Source of the DNA: Armatimonadota bacterium
GTDB taxonomy: Bacteria > Armatimonadota > SYMT01
Reading direction: 5' to 3'
Length of the DNA: 64,000 nt
Assembly (NCBI GenBank): GCA_046292385.1
Contig: JBKBRF010000035.1
Coordinates: forward strand, 13,500-77,499
A program made the translations under genes and the position numbers. The notes under the pieces were generated by a model that saw only the letters and a list, made by a program, of their open reading frames with translations, made no database searches and was not told the origin of the DNA. Below, piece by piece: positions 1 through 8,714 of this stretch. Each line of letters begins with the position of its first letter. The stretch's first letter is position 1.

Positions 1-453
<453 letters not shown>

Positions 454-679
454 GAGAAGGGGGGAGATCTGTCAGCGGGTGAACGGGTAGTACTCCGTTG
501 GACCGGGATGGGGGATGGGTTTTGGCAAGGGAGAGTGGGCGAGTGGGCGAGCTTGAGAAGCCGGCTACGGGAGCGGCTCTCCCACGCGCCGACTCTCCCT
601 TGCTCCCACTCCAACTCGTCAGAAGTAGCTGGATACATCGGTAAACTGATCTGTGGGGAGTGTGAACGGGGAGGTGAGC

Positions 680-946
680 ATGTCGATGACGATCCAACTG
701 CCCGACGGCCTGGACCGGCGTTTGCTTCAGGAAGCGCAGCGTCGGGGCATCAAAGCCGAAGAATGTGCCCGGATCATGCTCGAGGCGCAGCTCGACGCCG
801 CGCGAGCGGAGCGCAACCGGAAGGCCGTGGAGCTAATGCAGTCCTGGCTCGCCGAGCCTCCCAACGAGGAGGACGACCGCTGGCCGGAGTTGGAAGAGGC
901 TCTGGAAGCGAATCGAAGCGGTCAGCGGAAGCTCTTCGGTGCCTGA
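680..946 (+). CDS. Putative antitoxin (RHH-like N-terminus) of a VapBC-type pair
   Basis: GGAGGTGA RBS before ATG 680; MTIQLPDGL start; overlaps the downstream PIN gene by 8 nt. Confidence 0.7.
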   Translation: MSMTIQLPDGLDRRLLQEAQRRGIKAEECARIMLEAQLDAARAERNRKAVELMQSWLAEPPNEEDDRWPELEEALEANRSGQRKLFGA

Positions 947-1388
947 TCGGACCCCACTGGATGCGGGACCCCTGGGACGCCTCTGCCGTCCCAACGCTCG
1001 CCCAGCCCCCAATCGTGAGATCGCGATCTGGTTCACGGAGATCCTCCGCAGCGGCGAGGTGGAGCTCGTCGTCCCAGAGATCTCCGACTTCGAAGTCCGG
1101 CGCGAGCTGATCCGGGCCGGGCTCACGCAGAGCGTGTCGCGCCTGGACGCGCTGAAGAACGACCTGCTCTACCTGCCCCTGGATACACCCACGCTGCACC
1201 GCGCCGCGGAGTTGTGGGCGGAGGCCCGTAACCGCGGCATTCCGACGGGCGATCCGCGCGAGCTGGATTGCGATGTCATCCTGGCGGCGCAGGCTGAACG
1301 GATCGGGCGGACTATCGTGACAGAGAACGTCGGCCACCTCTCCCGTTTTTTAACGACGCGTCACTGGCGAGACCTAGCCTCACCCTAA
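939..1388 (+). CDS. PIN-domain ribonuclease toxin (VapC-like)
   Basis: LDAGPLG, VPEISDFEVRREL, LDCDVILAAQA and IVTENVGHL: acidic PIN residues. Confidence 0.85.
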   Translation: MPDRTPLDAGPLGRLCRPNARPAPNREIAIWFTEILRSGEVELVVPEISDFEVRRELIRAGLTQSVSRLDALKNDLLYLPLDTPTLHRAAELWAEARNRGIPTGDPRELDCDVILAAQAERIGRTIVTENVGHLSRFLTTRHWRDLASP

Positions 1389-1430
1389 ACGGGTGGCCCC
1401 ATTGACTATTGACATCTGATAAGAACTCCG

Positions 1431-2030
1431 ATGCCTGACACCCTCTGCCGCCTGGTAGTCGCTACGAAGAACCCCGGGAAGATCCGCGAGCTGCGCGCGC
1501 TGCTTGCCGACCTGCCGGTGGAGCTGCTCTCCACCGAGGGGATGGATGAGGTGGAGGAGACCGGCTCCACGTTTGCGGAGAACGCGGAGCTGAAGGCGCG
1601 GGCAGCGGCGTCGTGGTCCGGCGAGTGGGCGCTGGCGGACGACTCCGGGTTGGAGGTCGACGCCCTCGACGGCGCGCCCGGGGTCCACTCCAACCGCTTC
1701 GCCGGGGAGAACACCACGGAGGCGCAGCGGAACGAGCGGCTCCTGCAGCTCCTCCAAGGCGTTCCGGCAGAGCAGCGAACCGCCCGCTACCGGGCCGTGG
1801 TGGCGATCGCCGCTCCGGACGGCCGGATCTGGCTCACCGAAGGCGCCTGCGAGGGCGTGATCGTCAACGTCCCGCGAGGGGAAGGCGGCTTCGGCTACGA
1901 CCCGCACTTCTACCTGCCCGAATTCGGCTGCACGATGGCGGAGCTTCCACCGGAGACGAAGAACCGCATCAGCCACCGCGGCAGAGCGCTAGAGGCGGCG
2001 CGGCCGCTGCTGGAACGCCTGGCGGACTGA
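1431..2030 (+). CDS. rdgB: Non-canonical purine NTP pyrophosphatase (RdgB/HAM1)
   Basis: ATKNPGKIRE, ENAELKA, ADDSGL, GFGYDP and KNRISHRGRA motifs. Confidence 0.95.
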   Translation: MPDTLCRLVVATKNPGKIRELRALLADLPVELLSTEGMDEVEETGSTFAENAELKARAAASWSGEWALADDSGLEVDALDGAPGVHSNRFAGENTTEAQRNERLLQLLQGVPAEQRTARYRAVVAIAAPDGRIWLTEGACEGVIVNVPRGEGGFGYDPHFYLPEFGCTMAELPPETKNRISHRGRALEAARPLLERLAD

Positions 2031-2431
2031 GTTCGGAACTTTCAGGAGATAGGGGGATGGGGGAACGGGGATGAGGGGATGGGCACCCCACCCGGACTGA
2101 GCTCCTACTCTTACTCGTTCTTCTACTGCTCTGAGAGTAGCCGTCGCGATGTAGCGCGGCGGGTAAGCACTCCGGCGCGGCCTAACCCCCCAAACCCTCC
2201 CCCGTTCGGGCGACAAGCCTTCCCTGAAGTGGAAGGGGGAGTAGCGGCATCACACCGACAGCTTCGCTCTCCTCTCAGGAGAGGGATCGAGGGTGAGGCC
2301 GCGTGAGCAGGAGCCGCCGACGCACTTCTCCTGGCCGCGGGTGACCTGGACGGTCATCGACAACTCTTACTCAAGAGGCTCCTCGAGCCAGCAGTGGCTG
2401 CGCATAGGGGCGATTTCCGGAGCAACAAGAA

Positions 2432-2465
2432 CGCGCCGGGTGGAGATGATGCTCCACCCGGCGCG
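2432..2465 (-). terminator. Intrinsic terminator of the WD40 gene
   Basis: 14-bp stem CGCGCCGGGTGGAG/CTCCACCCGGCGCG followed by TTCTTGTT on the minus strand. Confidence 0.7.
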
Positions 2466-2492
2466 CTTTGTGTCCGAACTGCGCTTGACGCC

Positions 2493-3932
2493 CTACTTCT
2501 TCGCCGGCGCTGCCTCGGTCTTGGCCGGGGCGGGGGCGGCGGCAGGTTTCGGCTCGGGGGCCTTGGGGAGGTCGATCAGCGTGGCGGCGAGCTTGCCGTC
2601 GGCGGTGTTGAAGACGCGGAGCGTGCCGTCGAAGCCGCCGACCGCCACGAGCTTGCCGTCCGGGCTGAACGCGGCCGAGAGGAGGCCGTCGGTCTGATCC
2701 TTGATCGTCTGGGTCGTGGCGCCGTTGCCGGTGTTCCAGATCTTCATGGAGCGGTCGTCGCTCACGGTCGCCATCAGGCCGCCGTCCGCGGAGTAGACCA
2801 CTTCCTGGATCGTCTTCTCGTGGCCGGTCACGTTCCGCGCCTGCTGGCCCTGCTGGGGGTTCACGTTCCAGGTGCGCACGGTGCGGTCGGCGCCGACGGA
2901 GGTCACCTGGTTACCGGCCTTGTTCCAGGCCACCGAGAAGACCACGTCGGTGTGGCCGCCCAGGGTGTAGATCCGCTTGCCGCTCGCCACGTCCCACATC
3001 TTCACGGAGCGGTCAGCGCTGGCGGAGGCGAGCAGGTTGCCCTCCGGGTTGAACGCCACGCCGTAGACCGCATCGGCGTGGTCCTTCAGCGTCTTCAGCT
3101 CGGAGCCGTTGGCGGTGTCCCAGATCTTGATCAGCTTGTCGTAGCTGCCGGTGGCGAGCGACTTGTCCTCGGCGCCCCAGGAGACGGCGTAGATGCAGTC
3201 GGCGTGGCCGCTGAGGGTGCGGACCAGCTTGCCCGTCTCCACTTCCCAGATCTTCACCTCGCCCTGCTGTGCGATCGGGCCGCCCGCGGCGGCCAGCAGC
3301 TTGCCGCTGCGGCTGAACTGCACGGCATTGACCATGTCGGCGTGGCCGTTCAGCTCGCGGATCGCCTTGCCGGTGGCGGGGTCGAGGAGCTGCACCTTCT
3401 TATAGCTGCCGACCGCCAGGATCTTGCCGTCCGGGCTCCAGGCAAGGGAGGCGACCTGCGGCAGCACCGGCACGTGGGTGGCGATCTTCGGCACCTTGAC
3501 GGCGGGGATGGTGAGCTCGGAGAAGAGCACCTGGTCCGCGGGGACGTCGATCTTGGCGCCCTGGTCCAGCCACGCCTTGACCGTCGCCAGGTCTTCCTTC
3601 TTCATCTCGCCGCCCGGCGGCATCTTCGGCTGGGCGGCGCCGGTCAGCAGCTTGTAGAGGCGGCTGTCCGCGGCCTTGGCGCCGAGCACCTTGCCGGTGC
3701 GGCCGCCCTTCTGGATCTCCGCGAAGGTGGAGACCGAGAAGTTGCCGGTCGCCTGCTTGGTGTTGTGGCACTTGGCGCACTCGGCCTTCAAGATCGGCAC
3801 GACGTCTTTGCTAAAGCTTACCGTCGGCGCCTTCGCGGGCGCCTGCGCAAACGCGGCGACGCTCCACGCCAGCAGTCCGATTCCCGCGCCGATGCCGGCT
3901 CCCAGAACACGCATGGACCAGATCCTCCGCAC
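2493..3932 (-). CDS. Secreted planctomycete-type cytochrome c domain plus WD40 beta-propeller protein
   Basis: Signal peptide; VSFSKDVVPILKAECAKCH (CXXCH) and KMPP; about 7 GH...WD repeats; start may be 3914. Confidence 0.9.
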   Translation of the reverse strand: MRRIWSMRVLGAGIGAGIGLLAWSVAAFAQAPAKAPTVSFSKDVVPILKAECAKCHNTKQATGNFSVSTFAEIQKGGRTGKVLGAKAADSRLYKLLTGAAQPKMPPGGEMKKEDLATVKAWLDQGAKIDVPADQVLFSELTIPAVKVPKIATHVPVLPQVASLAWSPDGKILAVGSYKKVQLLDPATGKAIRELNGHADMVNAVQFSRSGKLLAAAGGPIAQQGEVKIWEVETGKLVRTLSGHADCIYAVSWGAEDKSLATGSYDKLIKIWDTANGSELKTLKDHADAVYGVAFNPEGNLLASASADRSVKMWDVASGKRIYTLGGHTDVVFSVAWNKAGNQVTSVGADRTVRTWNVNPQQGQQARNVTGHEKTIQEVVYSADGGLMATVSDDRSMKIWNTGNGATTQTIKDQTDGLLSAAFSPDGKLVAVGGFDGTLRVFNTADGKLAATLIDLPKAPEPKPAAAPAPAKTEAAPAKK

Positions 3933-4222
3933 GGCCCTCGCCCATCCGGCGCGGCCGATCGTACTACGAAACTAAGTTACCGCTGCGATCCGCCTTCCCC
4001 TCCAGGGGACGGCGCGCAGGCGGAGTGATTCCACAGAGATTTAGCGACCTCGTCTTCGGCTGCCGGCACGGACCGGAGACGAGAAAGGCGGAAGACAAGC
4101 CGCGCTCGGCACAGCCCACCTTCCGCCGATCACTCAGAGCGTAGGGGCTGGGAGCTACGGAACCGCCGCGAAGCGGCACCGCAGCCCCTACACCCTAAAC
4201 GCTACACCCTACACCCTGGCCA

Positions 4223-6952
4223 TCAGTGGTTGAACACGAACTCTTTGCCGTTGATGAGCGCCCAGAGCAGGTCTTCCAGCACCTGGCGGCGCGCCACCGC
4301 GGGATCGAGCTTCGGCTCTTCCTTCTTCATCTCGGCCGGCTTCATTTCAGCCGGCTTGGCTTCCGCAGCCTTGGCTTCCGCAGCCTTGGCTGCGTCGGCG
4401 GCGGGAGCCTCACCCGGCTTGGCGGGAGCCGCCTTCGGGTCGGCGGGCTTCATCTCCGGCTGCGGCGGGTTCATCGCCTCGGCCACGATCTGCACCGCCT
4501 GGTCCAGCTCCGGCTTGGTGGGGAAGCGGCCGAAGCAGGCGAGGTAGAGCTCTTCCACGATCTCCGGGTCTTTCTTCCCGGCCTTGATCAGGGTGGCGAC
4601 GAGGCCGGCGTCGGAGGAGATCTTCTGGTTCACCCCCTGGCCGTTGATCAGGTGGAGCGCCTGCGCCATGTTCGGCTCCTGCGCGCGCTCGCAGTCGCAG
4701 GTGATCTGGCGCGGCGGCCGCCCGAAGACGTCCAGGAAGTAGTTGGAGACCCGCGTATCCGGCAGGTGGATCGCGCGGTAGCCCGCGGGGAGGCCGGGGA
4801 ACTTCTCCGGCTGCCCGGTCACCTGGCAGATCGCGTCGAGCAGCTGCTCCGCGGTGAGCCGCTTCACGAAGTAGCGGCTGTACTGCCGGTCGTCCTTCTT
4901 GTTCTCCGGCCGCGGGCGAGAGGTGAGCTGATAGGTGCGGCTGTTCATGATCTGCCGCATCAGGTGCTTCAGATCGAACTTGTGCTCCACCAGGTCCTTG
5001 CCCAGCGCCTCCATCAGCGGCTCGTTGGAGGCCGGGTTGGTGGCGCGGAGGTCGTCCACCGGCTCGATCAGGCCGCGGCCCATGTAGTGGCGCCAGATCC
5101 GGTTGACGATCGAGCGGACGAAGTACTCGTTCTTCGGCGAGGCGAGCCAGTCCGCCAGGTAGACGCGCCGGTCCTGCGTGGAATCGGTCGCCATCGGCTG
5201 GCCGTCGTACGGCGTCGGAGGAAGCGGCTTCCCGGTCTTGGGGAAGTTGATCTCCCCGCCCGCCGCGGCGGTGATGAAGAGGTCGGACGGATGGTCGCCC
5301 TGCTTTCGGGCCACCCGGGAGAAGAAGTTGGCGAACTCGTAGTAGTTGGCCTGGGTCCACTTCTCGAACGGGTGGTTGTGGCAGCGCGCGCACTGCACGC
5401 GGATGCCGAGGAACGCCTGGCTAACGGTCTCCGTCAGGTCTTCCGGCGTGCGGCTGATCCGGTAGAAGTTGCTGGGGCCGTACTCGAAGTTGCTGCCGTT
5501 GGCGGTCAGCACCTCGTGGACCAGCTGGTCCCACGGCTTGTTCTCCGCCACCGCGTCCCGCAGCCAGCTATAGAACGCCCACATCCCCTTCTCGGTGAGC
5601 GTCTCCCGGTTCACGCGGAGCAGGTCGCCCCACTTGTAGGTCCAGAAGTAGACATACTCCGGCCGCTCCAGGAGCTGGTCCACCAGCTTCGCGCGCTTGT
5701 TCGGGGTCTTGTCTCCCAGGAACGCCCGCACCTCGTCCGGCGTCGGCAGGGTGCCGATCGTGTCGAGATAGGCGCGGCGGAGGAACTCCTCGTCGGACGC
5801 CAGCTCGGACGGCAGAATGCGCAGCTTCTGCAGCTTCGACAGGACCAGCTTGTCGATGTAGGAAGGGGCCGGAATCGCCTGGTACTGCTTCGGATTGACG
5901 TCGTTCGGGAACGGCACCGTCACGTTGGCGAAGCTGACCTGCCCCAGGTACATGATCGTGATCTGGGTCTCGCCCACGCCGGTGGTGGTGACGTTGCCGT
6001 CCTCGCCCACCGTGGCGATCCCTTCCTCGTTGGAGCTGTAGCGCGCCCAGTGGGTCACGTCTTCCACGTGCCCGTCGCTGAAGTGGGCGCGCACCACGAG
6101 CTGCTGCTCCACGCTGGGGGAGAGGGTCCGCTCCCGCGGCAGCACATCCAGCTTCGCCAGCGTCGGGTCTTCCTTGGACGGCCCCGGCATCCCCGCGGCG
6201 ATCCAGCCGGCCAGGACGTTGTACTCCCAGGAGCCGACCTTGAACCGCTGCCCGCCCGCGTGCGGCACGGCGGCAGTCGCCTTCTTCAGGAGGAGGCTGT
6301 TGCCCGGGTCGTTCGGCTGAATGCGGCGCCCCCCGCTCTCGTAGCGCAGGCGCTCGTAGTCGAGATCGGAGTCGTAGCCGCGGAGGGTCAGGCGGAAGCC
6401 GTTCTTGCCCGCCGCCGCGCCGTGGCACGCCCCCATGTTGCACCCGGCTTTGCTGAGCACCGACTGCACGTGGTTCTGGAAATTCCAGGTGAACGGCTGG
6501 CTCACGCCTTTGGCGGTTACCTTCACCGGGACCCGCTTGCCCGCCGCCACGACCACGAGGTCCGCGGCGCCGTCCCCAGTGGGACGCACCACGCCGCCCG
6601 GGTTCATCGCCGCGACCTTCGGATTCTTGCTGAAGAACTTCGCCTGGTGCGTGAGGTCGACGAGGGTGCCGTCTTTCCGCTCCCCGGTCACCAGGAGCTG
6701 CTGCCGCGCCTTCGGCCCCTCCAGCAGCACGTCGGCCGGACCGACGGTGACGGAGACGACCGGCGACACCGCCGGGGCCTTCGGGGCGGCCTTCGCCGCG
6801 GCCGGCTTCGACGCCGCCGCTTTGCCGCGGGCGGGCGCCTTGGCGGCGGGCTTCTTGGCGGGCGCGGCAGGCGCCGGCGCCGTCAGCGCGAGCGCCGCCA
6901 GGGCACTCAGCCCCAGCGCCCAGATCTGCTTCGGCGGTTTCCTACAAACCAT
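4223..6952 (-). CDS. Secreted DUF1549/DUF1553 (PSCyt2/PSD1) protein with Ig-like domains
   Basis: AGGAG RBS before ATG 6952; GCNMGACHG, FLRRAYLD, CARCHNHPF, NRIWRHYMGRG and KEFVFNH motifs. Confidence 0.9.
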   Translation of the reverse strand: MVCRKPPKQIWALGLSALAALALTAPAPAAPAKKPAAKAPARGKAAASKPAAAKAAPKAPAVSPVVSVTVGPADVLLEGPKARQQLLVTGERKDGTLVDLTHQAKFFSKNPKVAAMNPGGVVRPTGDGAADLVVVAAGKRVPVKVTAKGVSQPFTWNFQNHVQSVLSKAGCNMGACHGAAAGKNGFRLTLRGYDSDLDYERLRYESGGRRIQPNDPGNSLLLKKATAAVPHAGGQRFKVGSWEYNVLAGWIAAGMPGPSKEDPTLAKLDVLPRERTLSPSVEQQLVVRAHFSDGHVEDVTHWARYSSNEEGIATVGEDGNVTTTGVGETQITIMYLGQVSFANVTVPFPNDVNPKQYQAIPAPSYIDKLVLSKLQKLRILPSELASDEEFLRRAYLDTIGTLPTPDEVRAFLGDKTPNKRAKLVDQLLERPEYVYFWTYKWGDLLRVNRETLTEKGMWAFYSWLRDAVAENKPWDQLVHEVLTANGSNFEYGPSNFYRISRTPEDLTETVSQAFLGIRVQCARCHNHPFEKWTQANYYEFANFFSRVARKQGDHPSDLFITAAAGGEINFPKTGKPLPPTPYDGQPMATDSTQDRRVYLADWLASPKNEYFVRSIVNRIWRHYMGRGLIEPVDDLRATNPASNEPLMEALGKDLVEHKFDLKHLMRQIMNSRTYQLTSRPRPENKKDDRQYSRYFVKRLTAEQLLDAICQVTGQPEKFPGLPAGYRAIHLPDTRVSNYFLDVFGRPPRQITCDCERAQEPNMAQALHLINGQGVNQKISSDAGLVATLIKAGKKDPEIVEELYLACFGRFPTKPELDQAVQIVAEAMNPPQPEMKPADPKAAPAKPGEAPAADAAKAAEAKAAEAKPAEMKPAEMKKEEPKLDPAVARRQVLEDLLWALINGKEFVFNH

Positions 6953-7153
6953 TGGTGCAACTCCTGCACAGCGTTCCAGGCTGCAGCCCGACTCACTCTC
7001 CACGGCGCAACCGGTGTCTAGAACGGTGGCTCCGAGACCGGGGCCGCGGCTGCCCGATGGGACATAGAACGGGTGACAAAGTTTCGCGTATCTCCCCGTC
7101 CCCGGGCGCGGGCAACATTCTGCCAGTACGGCGGGACTCGCCTGCGCCGCCGG

Positions 7154-7201
7154 GCGGTTGAAACCGCGGCAACCACTGCACGAAGTCCGCCTCCGCGGAC
7201 T
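7154..7201 (+). repeat. REP-like double-hairpin element, copy 1
   Basis: GCGGT-TGAA-ACCGC, GGCAAC, then AGTCCGC-CTCC-GCGGACT; same layout as 27281-27330. Confidence 0.55.
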
Positions 7202-7387
7202 CAGATGGGCCTGATTCGGGCGTCCGGAGGACGCGTGGCCGAAGGCCGTCCAGCGAGGTACTTCCAGTGCCTCGCGAACCACCGAGCGGCACGGCCCACC
7301 GCCCGCCTCACAACGCGGCGCTCCCCAGCCGCCCGCCGCGTAGACCAGGCCGATTCTCCGGCTGGTGGAGCGAAAAGAGCCTGCCGA

Positions 7388-8692
7388 TCACTTACCCTGC
7401 GGAGCGTTAGCCAGGTGGTAGCTCAGCAGCTCCTGCGTGGCGCCCGTCTCGACCGAGTGGCGCTTGACCAGGCCGACTCCCCGGGCGTACCAGGAGGTCG
7501 CCTCCACCTTTCCGTCCGCCGCCAGGTGCTCGATCCGGAGGCAGGGGAACTCCCCGGCGGCGACGCGCACCGTCTCCTCTCCCGCTACCCGGAGGCCGGG
7601 GGTCGAGCCGGCGGGGAGGGCGGTGAAGAGCCCCTCCAGGCGCCACGGAGCGTCGGTCGTCTGCTCTGGGCGGCTGTAGACGCGGTCGCCGGCGGGGGCG
7701 AGCAGCCGGATGCTGCGGACGCCGCTCCCGAGTTGGTACTCCACGCGGAAGACGCCCCGCGGCTCCGAGTCGAGCTCTTCCAGCACCCGGATGCCGATCC
7801 GCAGCTTGCCCTCGCCCACCTGGTAGACCCAGCGGGTACCAGGGCGGAGCGGCAGCCACGCGCACGGCTCCGGCTCGATAGCGTCGAGGCCCGGGAGCCG
7901 GGGTGCGTTCGCGGCGGGTGCGGCGGGCGGCGCCGGCATCGCGGCGCGGGCGCTTTCGCGCTCCTTCAGGTGACGCTCCGCCAGCTCCGTCAGCCGCTTG
8001 ACCCGGCTCTCCGGCAGCGGGTGGCTCCGGAGCAGCGCGGGGATGCCGCTGCCGCCGCCGCTGGCGCGCTGGACCAGCTCCATCGCCTCCACGGCTGCGC
8101 GTGGGTTGTAGCCCGCGCGGGTGAGCACGCGGATTCCGTGCTCGTCCGCGTCGGTCTCGTCCTTACGGGAGAAGTGCATCCCCGCTACCGCCTGCACCAC
8201 GGCGCGGGCGTCGCGGAAGCCGGAAGCGCCGGTGCCCTGCAGGATGGCGGAGATCCCGGCGCTGAGTAGCAGGTTCTTCTCGAACTGGCGGATCGAGTGG
8301 TGGCGTGTGACGTGGCTGATCTCGTGCGCCAGCACGGAGGCGAGCGCGTCGTCGTTGGGGACGAGCTGCAGCAGTCCGCGGAAGACGTAGATGAACCCGC
8401 CCGGCAGTGCGAAGGCGTTCACCTCCGGACTCTCCACCACGTGGAACTCGAACGGGAAGTCCGGGTCGTCGCTGGAGGCGACCAGCCGCCGCCCGATCTG
8501 CCGCACGCGCGCCACGGCGGCGGGATCGGTGTCGACCGGCAGAAACTGCTCGATCGCGGAGGCGGTCTCCCGGCCGATGCTGATCTCCGCCCCGCGGCCG
8601 ATGATCCGCGCCAGCGCGGGAGCGGGCGCCAGGAGCGCCAGGAGTGCCGCGATGGCGAAAGCGGTGGCCAGACCTGTCAGGACGTGCCGCAT
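7388..8692 (-). CDS. M48 family metallopeptidase with a C-terminal beta-rich domain
   Basis: Signal peptide; VNAFALPGG, LAHEISH, FSRKDETDAD and SHP motifs; start taken at MRHVLTG. Confidence 0.9.
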   Translation of the reverse strand: MRHVLTGLATAFAIAALLALLAPAPALARIIGRGAEISIGRETASAIEQFLPVDTDPAAVARVRQIGRRLVASSDDPDFPFEFHVVESPEVNAFALPGGFIYVFRGLLQLVPNDDALASVLAHEISHVTRHHSIRQFEKNLLLSAGISAILQGTGASGFRDARAVVQAVAGMHFSRKDETDADEHGIRVLTRAGYNPRAAVEAMELVQRASGGGSGIPALLRSHPLPESRVKRLTELAERHLKERESARAAMPAPPAAPAANAPRLPGLDAIEPEPCAWLPLRPGTRWVYQVGEGKLRIGIRVLEELDSEPRGVFRVEYQLGSGVRSIRLLAPAGDRVYSRPEQTTDAPWRLEGLFTALPAGSTPGLRVAGEETVRVAAGEFPCLRIEHLAADGKVEATSWYARGVGLVKRHSVETGATQELLSYHLANAPQGK

Positions 8693-8714
8693 ACCGGGAG
8701 CCCTCCGTCCCACG

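Noticed and set aside
680..1388. Toxin-antitoxin pair as a novel defence system
   Set aside because: Ordinary VapBC-type architecture
2170..2300. CCCTC/GAGGG-rich hairpin fragments after rdgB
   Set aside because: Resemble common intergenic REP-like hairpins but are too degenerate to delimit, with no clear second copy in the window
7180..7280. RNase P RNA-like AAGTCCG start
   Set aside because: No GAGGAAAGTCC context and no 3' P4 partner; better explained as the double-hairpin repeat
6953..7282. 110-aa N-terminal extension of the DUF1549 ORF; similar extensions on M48, CoxS, dgt and leuD
   Set aside because: Better RBS-supported starts and signal peptides or family N-termini lie downstream
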